Assembly: GCA_027050205.1 (NCBI GenBank)
Contig: JALUCS010000115.1
Span: 1-27,037, forward strand
Direction of reading: 5' to 3'
DNA: 27,037 nt
From: a candidate division WOR-3 bacterium
Lineage (GTDB): Bacteria; Hydrothermota; Hydrothermia; LBFQ01
Within the stretch, counting starts at the first letter, position 1, and each line of letters starts with the position of its first letter. The translations under genes and the position numbers were made by a program. The notes under the pieces are model-generated. The model made no database searches. It was not told the DNA's origin and saw only the letters and a program-made list of their open reading frames with translations. This document shows positions 1-9,175 of this stretch, one piece after another.

Positions 1-278
1 GGGCAGTACCCGAGGATGGCCATCCCGGCGCCGAAGACCAGACCTCCGAGGATCACCCCACCCAAGAGCAAAGGCTTTACGTGGAAGGTAGCCATACCGA
101 GGGCCACCTCACCGTAGACCAGGATGGCTCCCACCCCTATGGCCATGGCGATGGCCTTGGCGACCGTCAGATCCTCCAGGGTGGCCAGACCGCTTATCGT
201 GTCAAAGCGGTTCAGCCGGGCGTAGATGAGGATCTCCGCGAAGATGAAACCGAGGACAAACGTAAGCAGCACTTCCAT
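1..278 (-). CDS. YeeE/YedE-family thiosulfate/sulfur transport membrane protein (5' part; runs off the window start)
   Basis: Not in the ORF track; translated by hand from ATG at 278: MEVLLTFVLGFIFAEILIYARLNRFDTISGLATLEDLTVAKAIAMAIGVG...GGVILGGLVFGAGMAILGYCP. The GGxxFGxGMxxxGxCP motif is typical of YeeE/YedE. Confidence 0.85.
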   Translation of the reverse strand, partial: MEVLLTFVLGFIFAEILIYARLNRFDTISGLATLEDLTVAKAIAMAIGVGAILVYGEVALGMATFHVKPLLLGGVILGGLVFGAGMAILGYC

Positions 279-923
279 TTTTCCCTTACTTAAACAAAAA
301 CGGTGGGAATTTTACGCTCGCATTAGTCTCCGTGAGGGAGATGAGAACCACCTCCGGACTTTGTGGGTTATTGGGTGATGCCGATCTTGTCGGTCCAAAG
401 TTCCGTCGCTGTCAGAATTTTTGCATAGGGCGTGCAAGAATCTGGCAGTTAGGTCGGTTTCTTGAAACCCAGATTCCGGTTTGGGATTACGCTGATAGAG
501 GGTGTATTACGCCAATAGGAAGATAATCCTATCCGCACCTTCAATAAACCGCAAGTTTTAAGACCCCCGCACTTTCCATTAACGGATCCTTAACGGTATC
601 GGGGATGGCCAGTCTTGTTAATGCGGGAAGTTTCGCCGGAGACCTCTTGTTCAGTATTTTTAATTTCTGAATACTATCCCATTTTCTATGACCTGTAAAT
701 TCGGAAGCCCTATACGTAATCGGACGGTAGGTGGGTATCCCTATATCGGCTCAATACCTCCGGTTTTTTGAAGTTCAACTTTCGGCTTTTGAAAGGGCAC
801 CGTACGGCTCCAACCGGTGAGTAGGATATCCCTCCATCAGCTAAAACCAAGGGTGTCCGGAAGATGATAGGCATCCTACCCGCACCGGTCTAAGAGAAGG
901 ACGAACCGGATATGCAACACCGT

Positions 924-929
924 TAGAAT
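924..929 (+). promoter_or_regulatory. -10 box TAGAAT, 7 nt before TTG of the PBP gene
   Basis: cgtTAGAATagggggcTTG; same layout recurs at 15 gene starts. Confidence 0.55.
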
Positions 930-936
930 AGGGGGC

Positions 937-2979
937 TTGGAGAGTTTGAAGAAGGAGCTAAGGCTTTTCGTAATGGCGGGGGTGGTGGGGCTGCTCCTCG
1001 TAGTGGGAGGTTTCTTTGCCCTCGTCGTCCTTCTGGTCGTAAACTCCAAAGACCTTCCCGACATAGAGCGGATAGAGGCCTTCAAACCCCCACAGGCCAC
1101 CACGATGTACGACCGTAAGGGCAGGGTGATATACCAGTTCTACGAGGAGCGGAGGGAGTACGTCCCCCTATCCCGCATATCCCCGAACATCCGTAAGGCC
1201 TTCATCGCCCTTGAGGACAAGAGGTTCTACAGGCACTGGGGGGTGGACCTGAAGCGCACATTCAAGGCCATGCTCGTCAACCTCCTCTCTATGCGGGTCA
1301 GACAGGGCGGCTCCACCATAACCCAGCAGCTCGCCCGCAACATGTTCCTAACTCACAGCAGGACCCTGAAGAGGAAGATAAAGGAGTTGGCCCTTGCCCT
1401 GAAGTTGGAGGCCACCTTCACCAAAGACGAGATCTTGGAGAGGTACCTCAATCAGATATACTTCGGTGAGGGAGTATATGGGGTGCAGTCCGCCGCCAAG
1501 TTCTACTTCGGTAAGGAGGCCAAGGACCTGGACGTGAACGAGTCGGCCCTCCTCGCCGGTATCCCCAAGAACCCCAACCGCTTCTCCCCCTACCGCCACC
1601 CGGACCTGGCCAACAAGAGGAGGAAGGTCGTACTGTGGAGGATGTATAAGGAGGGGTTCATAACCAAGAGGGAGTACGACAGCCTCGTAGCCCATCCCCC
1701 AAAGCTCCAACCGAGGCCCAAGACCACCTTCGGGGGCGATGCCCCCTACTTCGCCGAACTCGTACGGCAGTACGTCATAGACAAGTACGGCGAGAACTTC
1801 CTGTACAGGGGAGGGGGTAAGATATACACCACCTTGGACCTTGACCTACAGAGGATGGCCGTCGGGGTGGTGCGCACATCCTTGAACAACTACGAGAAGA
1901 AGTGGAAGAGGTTCCTGAAACCCACGTACGCCGAGTACAAGGGGGGGAAGCCCAAGTACCTTCAGGCGGCCCTCTTGGCCGTGGATACCACCGGCGGGAT
2001 ACTGGCCTACGTGGGTGGTAGGGACTTCCAGCACTCCCAGTTTGACAGGGTCCGTCAGGCCCACAGGCAACCGGGATCCGCCTTCAAGATCTTCGTATAT
2101 ACGGCGGCCTTCTCCAGGGGGTGGTCGCCGGGGGACACCATAAGGGACGAGCCGGTGGAGTTTATGGACGACCTCGGCCGCATATGGGCGCCCAAGAATT
2201 ACGACGGTAAGTACGAGGGCCTCATAACCCTGCGGAGGGCCTTGGCCCTCTCCAAGAACGTGCCGGCCGTGAAGCTGACCCTTGACGTGGGTCCGTGGTA
2301 CGTGGCCGAGATAGCCCGGAAGATGGGGGTATCCAGCCCCATAAAGCCCTTCCCCTCAATGGCCCTCGGTGGGGTGGAGGTGACGGTGTGGGATATGGTA
2401 AGGGCGGTCTCAACCTTGATGAACTACGGTAAGAGGCCGAACATATACTTCATAACCCGCATAGAGGACGCCTACGGGAACGTCTTGGAGGAGGATCGGC
2501 CGGTTCTGGTGCAGGTCTTGGACCCCAACGTTGCGAAGATGGCCACCTACGCCCTCACCTACGTCGTGTGCTGCGGTACGGCCGCCAACTCCCGACGGTA
2601 CGGTTGGAACAACGCCGTAATTCAGGCCGCCGGTAAGACGGGGACGACGGACGATTACAAAGATACCTGGTTCATCGGATACTCCCCCTATATGGCCGTG
2701 GGGGTCTGGGTGGGGTACGACTCCCTGCGGGTGATATTCCCCGGTGCGACCGGCTCCGAGTTGGCCGTACCCATCTGGGCGAAGTTCATGGCGCAGGCCC
2801 ATAAAGGTCTCAAGCCCCGCTACTTCAACATAAAGGGACCCTTCCAATACGCTACCCTCTGTAAGGAGAGCCTGCTCCTGGCGAGGCCGACCTGTCCGGA
2901 GACTACGGTGGAGATGTTCTGGGCGGGGAAGGTGCCGCAGGACAGCTGTCCCATCCACGTGGAGGGTGCGGGGAGATAG
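937..2979 (+). CDS. Class A bifunctional penicillin-binding protein (PBP1A family)
   Basis: N-terminal TM anchor; GT51 motifs EDKRFYRHWGVD, GGSTITQQL, RKIKE; transpeptidase motifs SAFK, SKN, KTGT. Exact start (TTG 937 or a later codon) is uncertain. Confidence 0.95.
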   Translation: MESLKKELRLFVMAGVVGLLLVVGGFFALVVLLVVNSKDLPDIERIEAFKPPQATTMYDRKGRVIYQFYEERREYVPLSRISPNIRKAFIALEDKRFYRHWGVDLKRTFKAMLVNLLSMRVRQGGSTITQQLARNMFLTHSRTLKRKIKELALALKLEATFTKDEILERYLNQIYFGEGVYGVQSAAKFYFGKEAKDLDVNESALLAGIPKNPNRFSPYRHPDLANKRRKVVLWRMYKEGFITKREYDSLVAHPPKLQPRPKTTFGGDAPYFAELVRQYVIDKYGENFLYRGGGKIYTTLDLDLQRMAVGVVRTSLNNYEKKWKRFLKPTYAEYKGGKPKYLQAALLAVDTTGGILAYVGGRDFQHSQFDRVRQAHRQPGSAFKIFVYTAAFSRGWSPGDTIRDEPVEFMDDLGRIWAPKNYDGKYEGLITLRRALALSKNVPAVKLTLDVGPWYVAEIARKMGVSSPIKPFPSMALGGVEVTVWDMVRAVSTLMNYGKRPNIYFITRIEDAYGNVLEEDRPVLVQVLDPNVAKMATYALTYVVCCGTAANSRRYGWNNAVIQAAGKTGTTDDYKDTWFIGYSPYMAVGVWVGYDSLRVIFPGATGSELAVPIWAKFMAQAHKGLKPRYFNIKGPFQYATLCKESLLLARPTCPETTVEMFWAGKVPQDSCPIHVEGAGR

Positions 2980-3017
2980 AGCCTAAGGGACGCCTCAAGG
3001 AGGTACGGTTTCCCCCT

Positions 3018-3023
3018 TAGAAT
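3018..3023 (+). promoter_or_regulatory. -10 box TAGAAT, 7 nt before ATG of the cus operon
   Basis: ccctTAGAATatctactATG. Confidence 0.65.
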
Positions 3024-3030
3024 ATCTACT

Positions 3031-4392
3031 ATGATGCTTAGTAGATACCTACCGGCTCTCCTGCCGGTGCTTCTGACCGCGTGCGGGGGAGGTAAATACA
3101 CCGAGCTTCTCACCCTCAAGGGGGAGGGCTATACGGTGAAGCTCTACTCCTCAAACGGCGAAATCAACGTCGGTATAAACCGCATAAAGGTTGAGGTTGA
3201 TCCTCCGGACGAGCTGCAGGAGTTCTACCTCTACATGCCCCCTATGCCCGGAATGCCGGAGATGAGGGCAATAGCGGACCTGAAGAGGAAGGGCAAGGGG
3301 AGGTACGAGGGTAAGGTGAGCGTGAGTATGGAAGGCTCCTGGCAGGTCATAGCGAAGGTCGGGGGGAAGACCCTGAAGACCGAAATAAACGTCCCCTTCA
3401 AGGCTGGCCAGCAGACCGGGACGTCCGGAGGTATGGATCACTCAAAGATGGGCCACGATATGAAGGGAATGGATATGGGTCCCTCCCTAACGGTTCCGCA
3501 GACCAAGCTCGCCCACTTCAACGTCTCTACCTTCAAGGTGGATTCTACGGAGGTGCCGCTTACGATAAGGGCGGCCGGTGTCATCCGGTACGCCCCCAAG
3601 GGTACCTACAGGGTGGTCCCCCGTTTCTCCGGCTACATAACGAAGGTCCTCGTGGACAGGGAGGGCCGAAGGGTGGCGGAGGGGACCCCCCTCCTTGAGT
3701 TCTACTCGCCTGAGATACTGCGAGCCTTCGGTGAGTACGAGGTGGCACGGAAGACCGGGGACAGCCTTGCCCTCGCCCTTGCCGGGGAGAAGCTTCGTCT
3801 CTACGGGGTCTCGCCGGGAGACGTAAGGGACACGACGGCCATTTTCAGGTCTCCGGTTTCGGGTAAGGTCTCCAGAGTGATGGTATCCGTCGGGAAGGAG
3901 TTCAAGCCCAACACCTCCCTGTACGAGGTACTCTCCGGTAACCTACTATACTTCGTCGGCGAGGTACCCCAGGGCAAGGCCCGCCATCTGAAGGTGGGGG
4001 ACAGGGTGGTGATTGACGGGATAGAGGCCCGGATAACGGAGATCTCGCCATCGGTAAACGGGAGGACGAGGACGGTCAAGTTCACGGCCGTCTTCAGCGG
4101 GGGGGACTTCTACGACGGCGAGATAAGGGTCGCGGAGGTCAAGAGGGCGATTATGGGCATATTCGTCCCCTTGGACGCCGTCATAAGGACAGGGAAGAGG
4201 GACTACGTCTACGTGCGAGAGGGGAAGAACACCTTCACCGTCAGGTATGTTAAGGTGGTGGCGCCCGTTGAGGGCGGTTATGTCGTATCTGGCCTTAGGC
4301 CGGGGGAAGAGGTCGTAGCCTCCGGTGTCTTCTTCATAGACGCGGAAGCCAACTTCAGGGGAATGGGAGGTGGAGGCCATGCCGGACACTGA
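3031..4392 (+). CDS. cusB: CusB-like RND periplasmic adaptor; lipoprotein with N-terminal YtkA-like domain and Met/His-rich linker
   Basis: Lipobox LLTAC; MPPMPGMPEM...GRYEG...SMEGSWQV is YtkA-like; MFP motifs VPRFSGYITKV, YSPE, RSPVSGKV, VPLDAVIRTG, GLRPGEEVVASGVFFIDAE; lies upstream of cusA. Confidence 0.88.
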   Translation: MMLSRYLPALLPVLLTACGGGKYTELLTLKGEGYTVKLYSSNGEINVGINRIKVEVDPPDELQEFYLYMPPMPGMPEMRAIADLKRKGKGRYEGKVSVSMEGSWQVIAKVGGKTLKTEINVPFKAGQQTGTSGGMDHSKMGHDMKGMDMGPSLTVPQTKLAHFNVSTFKVDSTEVPLTIRAAGVIRYAPKGTYRVVPRFSGYITKVLVDREGRRVAEGTPLLEFYSPEILRAFGEYEVARKTGDSLALALAGEKLRLYGVSPGDVRDTTAIFRSPVSGKVSRVMVSVGKEFKPNTSLYEVLSGNLLYFVGEVPQGKARHLKVGDRVVIDGIEARITEISPSVNGRTRTVKFTAVFSGGDFYDGEIRVAEVKRAIMGIFVPLDAVIRTGKRDYVYVREGKNTFTVRYVKVVAPVEGGYVVSGLRPGEEVVASGVFFIDAEANFRGMGGGGHAGH

Positions 4393-5005
4393 AAGGGAAG
4401 AGCGGGAAGGCTTCAGGGAACTCCTACTCTTTACGTTGGGTGGGTACGCCCTTAGCCTCGTATCCGCCTACATACTTGACACCTTCAACCTCCAGAGGAA
4501 CCCTATAGGCGAGTGGATTGTGCGCACTTTCGCCGGTGAGGGGGAGAGCATATTTGAGGGGATCTTCGCCATAAAGAACAGGCTCCTCGGAGGGGCAGAG
4601 TCCCTCGCCGAAGCCTACGGCTGGGGGAAGTTCCTGGGCATAGCCCTACCGTGGTTGGTTGATTGGGGAAGCAGGCTCGCCGGGGTCAACATGTACTCGT
4701 GGGAGAGTTTTTACGTACCTTACCTCTACGCCATGGGCGACCAGATAGGCGCCACCCTCTCTATGCTCCTGTTCTTCTCCCGACGCGAGGGAGGAATCCT
4801 CCCCGGTCTCGTAAGATACCTTCAAAACCCCGTCTCCGTAGCGAGTCTGCTGATAATCCTCATAGTCCCCGTAGGACTCCTGACTGTCCGGTTGCTCGGC
4901 TTCTCACCCACCACCCAGATATTCGTCTCCCTTGAGACCATCGCAGCCAACCTGTGCTGGGTTCCCCCTTTGGTAGGGGCGATACTGGAGGGTAAAAATG
5001 GATAG
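4379..5005 (+). CDS. Uncharacterised multi-pass membrane protein inside the cus operon
   Basis: Host-like codon usage, several hydrophobic segments, overlaps cusB stop and cusA start. ATG 4379 follows SD GGAGGTG (4366-4372) and is preferred over GTG 4370. Confidence 0.8.
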   Translation: MPDTEREEREGFRELLLFTLGGYALSLVSAYILDTFNLQRNPIGEWIVRTFAGEGESIFEGIFAIKNRLLGGAESLAEAYGWGKFLGIALPWLVDWGSRLAGVNMYSWESFYVPYLYAMGDQIGATLSMLLFFSRREGGILPGLVRYLQNPVSVASLLIILIVPVGLLTVRLLGFSPTTQIFVSLETIAANLCWVPPLVGAILEGKNG

Positions 5006-8000
5006 GTTCATAGGTTGGGTCTTAAGGAATCCCTTTTTGACCCTCTTTACGGTTGCCTTTACCGTCCTCTTGGGGGTGGTCCTGATGGTGCGGACACCCC
5101 TTGACGCCATACCGGACATATCGGACACGCAGGTGATAATAGAGGTGAGGTGGGACGGGCAGGACCCCTCAACCGTTGAGGACCAGATAACCTACCCCCT
5201 CGTCTCGGCGATGCTCTCCGTCCCCAAGACCAAAGCCGTTAGGGGCTTCTCAATGCCCAACAAGTCCCTTATCTACGTCATATTTGAGGACGGGACGGAT
5301 ATGTACTGGGCGAGGAGCCGGGTCTTGGAGTACCTGTCCGGCATAACCCTACCGGAGGGGGCGCAGGTGAAACTGGGACCGGACGCCACGGCCCTCGGAT
5401 GGGTGTTCATGTACGCCTTAGTGGATACCTCCGGAAGGCACGACCTCGCCTCCTTGAGGTCCTTCAACGACTTCTACCTTAGGTACCTCCTCCTTGAGGC
5501 CGACGGCGTGGCGGAAGTGGCACCGGTGGGCGGATACCTGAAGGAGTACCAGATAGATATAGACCCGCACAAGCTGAGGCAGTACGGCCTAACCCTAAGC
5601 GACGTCTTAAAGGCTGTGAGGAAGGCCAACGCCCAGAGTGGCGGAAGGGTCGTAGAGGTGTCAGAGAGGTACTACATCATCAGGGCCCTGGGGTACATCC
5701 GGGACGTTGAAGACCTTAAAAAGGCCGTCCTGAAGACAGACCCGGAGACGGGTGCCAGCGTAAGGTTAGAGGACGTGGCCGTCGTCCAGAGGGGAGCCGC
5801 CCTGACGGAGGGGATGGCCGACCTTGACGGCAAGGGTGAGGTGGTGGGCGGAATAGTTATAATGAGGAACGGCGAGAACGCCCTAAGGGTAATAGACAAC
5901 GTAAAGAGGAAGCTCAAGGAGGTCTCCTTCCCGGAGGGCGTTAAGGCAGTGATCACGTACGACAGGAGCGAACTCGTAAAGGAGTCCGTCAAGACCCTCG
6001 TAAAGACCCTGATAAAGGAGTCCGTTATCGTCCTCATAGTTGTGGCCATCTTCCTCTTCACTCTAAGAGGGTCCGCCCCCATAGTAGTCTTCCTCCCCCT
6101 CGCTCTGGTCATCCCGTACATCTTCATGTACTTCCTGAGGATAACCACCAACGTAATGAGCCTCGGAGGGATGGCCCTCAGTATCGGCGTAATGATAGAC
6201 GCCGGCATAGTTATGGTTGAGAACGCCTTCAAGCACCTTGAGGAGCGACAGCCGAAGAACTTCGCCGAAAAGCTGGAGATCCTCCAGAAGGCCCTGTCCG
6301 AGGTCGCACCCTCCCTATTCTTCTCCCTGCTGATAATCACGATATCCTTCCTGCCGGTGTTTGCCCTCACCGGCGAGGAGGGGAGGCTCTTCAGACCTCT
6401 CGCCTTCACCAAGACCCTGACCATGGCCGTCGCCTCCCTCCTCTCCATAACCCTCATGCCCGTCCTGATACTCCTCATGATACCGAACAGGGTAAAGCCG
6501 GAGAGCGAAAACCCCATAAACCGCCTCCTTATGAGGGCCTACGAGCCTATCTTCAACCTCTCCATCCGTTTCCCCTACCCAATAATAGGCGTTGCCATTA
6601 TTTTAAGCGTCCTCTCCTTCTTCATCCTCCGCAGGCTACCCTCCGAGTTCATGCCCCCCCTAAACGAGGGTTCCATCCTCTACATGCCCTCTTCCGTCGC
6701 CGGAGTACCCCTTGATAAGGGCTTTGAGATACTCCGGAAGCAGGATTCCATAATAAAGAGCGTCCCGGAAGTTGAGAGGGTCTTCGGTAAGATAGGACGG
6801 GCGGAAACCTCAACCGACCCCGCTCCCCTCTCTATGATAGAGACGACGATCTTACTGAAGCCCAAAAAGGAGTGGAGGCCCGGAATGACCATAGAGAAGA
6901 TAATCGCCGAGCTGAATTCAAAGGTGCAGTTCCCCGGATGGGTGAACACGTGGGGAATGCCCATAAGGATAAGGGTGGATATGCTCTCCACCGGTATAAG
7001 GACGCCCGTCGGCGTGAAGGTCTTAGGGGACGACCCCCAGAGGGTTGAGAGCCTCGCCGTTGAGGTTGAGAGGATCTTGAGCGGCCTTGAGATAACCCAG
7101 ACGGCCTTTGCGGACAGGTCCTCAAGGATGCTCTACGTAGATATAGAGCCGAAGAGGGACGTCCTTCCGGCCTACGGCCTTAACGTGTCGGACATAACGG
7201 AGACGGTAGCGAGGCTCTTCGGAGGCATGCCCCTCTCCTACTCGGTTGAGGGAAGGGAGAGGTACCCCATAAGGGTGAGGCTGGCGAGGGACTTCCGCAG
7301 CCGGATAGAGGACATAGCCAACCTTGAGTTCAGGACGCCTACGGGGGCAGTGGTATCCCTCGGTGATGTGGCGGATATAAGGATATCGGAGGGTCCAGCC
7401 GTCATAAAGAGCGATAACGGTCTCGTCGCCTCCTACGTCTACGTCGTACCCAAGCCGGACGTGGGCCTTAGCGAGTACGTTGAGAGGGCGAAGGGGGAGA
7501 TAAAGGAGAAGCTTAAACTTCCCCCCGGATACGCGCACGTCTTCTCCGGGCAGTACGAGAGCCTCCAGAGGGCCTCCCGCACGATGCGTCTCATACTCCC
7601 CCTGGCCATCCTCTCCATCTTCATCCTGCTCTACATGAACTTCAGGTCCTTCTTCAAGTCTGCCCTCGTCCTCCTCTCCATCCCCTTCACCCTCTTCGGG
7701 GCCTTCGGCCTTATGTACCTCCTCGGCTACAAGATGTCCGTAGCGGCTTGGGTGGGTGTAATAGCCCTCCTCGGCCTGGCGGCGGAGCTTGCGGTCATAA
7801 TGCTCACGTTTATGGACATAGGCCTGAAGAACCACCCGGACAACCCCGTAGAGGGGATACACGAGGGCGCCCTCAGGAGGCTGAGGCCAAAGGTTATGAC
7901 GGCTATGACGATATTCTTCTCCCTCCTGCCCATAATGTTTGAGACGGAGATAGGGGCGAGGGTTATGAAGAGGCTCGTTGCCCCTATGATAGGAGGGGTC

Positions 8001-8072
8001 TTCTTCGCCCTCGTACTCGTTCTGATCGTCCTGCCCGCTGTCTATAAGGTCATATACGGGAGGGTGAGATGA
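4998..8072 (+). CDS. cusA: CusA-type heavy-metal (Cu(I)/Ag(I)) efflux RND permease
   Basis: 1024 aa; DAIPDISDTQVI, GPDATALGWV, SLGGMALSIGVMIDAGIVMVEN, RLRPKVMT; three Met positions matching the CusA metal site (LYMP, PLSMIET, VDMLSTG). Confidence 0.95.
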   Translation: MDRFIGWVLRNPFLTLFTVAFTVLLGVVLMVRTPLDAIPDISDTQVIIEVRWDGQDPSTVEDQITYPLVSAMLSVPKTKAVRGFSMPNKSLIYVIFEDGTDMYWARSRVLEYLSGITLPEGAQVKLGPDATALGWVFMYALVDTSGRHDLASLRSFNDFYLRYLLLEADGVAEVAPVGGYLKEYQIDIDPHKLRQYGLTLSDVLKAVRKANAQSGGRVVEVSERYYIIRALGYIRDVEDLKKAVLKTDPETGASVRLEDVAVVQRGAALTEGMADLDGKGEVVGGIVIMRNGENALRVIDNVKRKLKEVSFPEGVKAVITYDRSELVKESVKTLVKTLIKESVIVLIVVAIFLFTLRGSAPIVVFLPLALVIPYIFMYFLRITTNVMSLGGMALSIGVMIDAGIVMVENAFKHLEERQPKNFAEKLEILQKALSEVAPSLFFSLLIITISFLPVFALTGEEGRLFRPLAFTKTLTMAVASLLSITLMPVLILLMIPNRVKPESENPINRLLMRAYEPIFNLSIRFPYPIIGVAIILSVLSFFILRRLPSEFMPPLNEGSILYMPSSVAGVPLDKGFEILRKQDSIIKSVPEVERVFGKIGRAETSTDPAPLSMIETTILLKPKKEWRPGMTIEKIIAELNSKVQFPGWVNTWGMPIRIRVDMLSTGIRTPVGVKVLGDDPQRVESLAVEVERILSGLEITQTAFADRSSRMLYVDIEPKRDVLPAYGLNVSDITETVARLFGGMPLSYSVEGRERYPIRVRLARDFRSRIEDIANLEFRTPTGAVVSLGDVADIRISEGPAVIKSDNGLVASYVYVVPKPDVGLSEYVERAKGEIKEKLKLPPGYAHVFSGQYESLQRASRTMRLILPLAILSIFILLYMNFRSFFKSALVLLSIPFTLFGAFGLMYLLGYKMSVAAWVGVIALLGLAAELAVIMLTFMDIGLKNHPDNPVEGIHEGALRRLRPKVMTAMTIFFSLLPIMFETEIGARVMKRLVAPMIGGVFFALVLVLIVLPAVYKVIYGRVR

Positions 8073-9175
8073 TACTTCTACTCGGAATAACCCTGCAGGA
8101 TTACCTCAAGGAGGTCCGGAAGCACCCGGACGTACTCTCCGCCCGTAAGATGGCAGAGTCCTACTCCGGCAGGAGCCTGAAGTCCCTCTTCCCACCGCAA
8201 CCCACCCTGACCTACAACGCCATGTTCATGCCGGGGGCTTGGTCCATAAACCAGCCCCTCCCCCTATCCTGGCCTTTCAACGCCATGGCCGCGAGAGAGG
8301 AGGAGAGGGCGAGGATGTGGGAGTACGTGGGCTTTGAGAACGCCTTCCTCCTTGAGGCCATAGACACCTATCTGGGTGCGTACTTCTTGAGTGAGAAGGT
8401 GCGTATCCTGAAGGAGATACTAACTAACCTCAAAGCCGCCGAGAGGAGCGTAAGGGAACTTTACAGGACGGGTAAGGCAGACAGGAGTTCCCTAAGCCGT
8501 ATAACCGCCCGCATAAGGACGGTTGAGGCGGACCTGGAAATGGCCGAAGCTGAACTACGAGCCAGGAGGGATATGCTCCGCTACTTCTACGGCAGGGATA
8601 TAGACACCCTTTCTATGCCCGAACTTGACTCCCTACCGCCCCTTGAGGAGCTGGAGAAGGAAGTCCCCTCCTCACCTCTTGTGAGCCGACTTGAGTACGA
8701 GAGGAAGGCGGCCAACCTCAAAAAGAGGGCCGCCCTGTTCTCCCTCGTCCCCACCGTTGCCCCCGGCGTACTTTACGCGGAAGGACAGCTTTCTTTCTCG
8801 CTCTCCCTCGTCGTTCCCCTGTGGCTCCCCGCCTACTTCGGCAACCTGAAGGAGTACTCAAGGAAGTACGAGGGTGCGAACCTCCGGTACGAGGGTCAAA
8901 CCTCCCGGCTGAAGGCTCTGATCTCGTCCGAGTACAGTAGGTACCTGTCCAACCTTGAGAGGGAGAGGAGATTGAAGGAGGCCCTGCGGGAGCTTGAGGC
9001 GGCGTACAGGTCGGAGTTTGACAGGTACAGGACGACCGCCACGGGTACTACGGACTACCTCTTCGTTGAAAACGACCTGCTTCAGGTGAGGTTGAGGGTC
9101 TTGGAGGCCCGCCTTAACGCCGTCAGGAGCGTCCATCGGATAAGGGCGATGTTGGGGAGGTTGCACGCCCGCTAA
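8069..9175 (+). CDS. TolC/CusC-family outer membrane efflux protein
   Basis: ATGA overlap with cusA; two-repeat helical OEP pattern (HPDVLSAR, LYRTGKA, SLSLVVPLW, RYRTTATG); operon context. Confidence 0.8.
   Translation: MILLLGITLQDYLKEVRKHPDVLSARKMAESYSGRSLKSLFPPQPTLTYNAMFMPGAWSINQPLPLSWPFNAMAAREEERARMWEYVGFENAFLLEAIDTYLGAYFLSEKVRILKEILTNLKAAERSVRELYRTGKADRSSLSRITARIRTVEADLEMAEAELRARRDMLRYFYGRDIDTLSMPELDSLPPLEELEKEVPSSPLVSRLEYERKAANLKKRAALFSLVPTVAPGVLYAEGQLSFSLSLVVPLWLPAYFGNLKEYSRKYEGANLRYEGQTSRLKALISSEYSRYLSNLERERRLKEALRELEAAYRSEFDRYRTTATGTTDYLFVENDLLQVRLRVLEARLNAVRSVHRIRAMLGRLHAR

Noticed and set aside
448..454. GTTAGGT matching the integron GTTRRRY core next to a hairpin
   Set aside because: No matching RYYYAAC inverse core, no cassette array and no integrase.
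81..526. ORFs 81-293 and 332-526
   Set aside because: The first is antisense to the YeeE/YedE gene; the second has atypical codons and no recognisable product.
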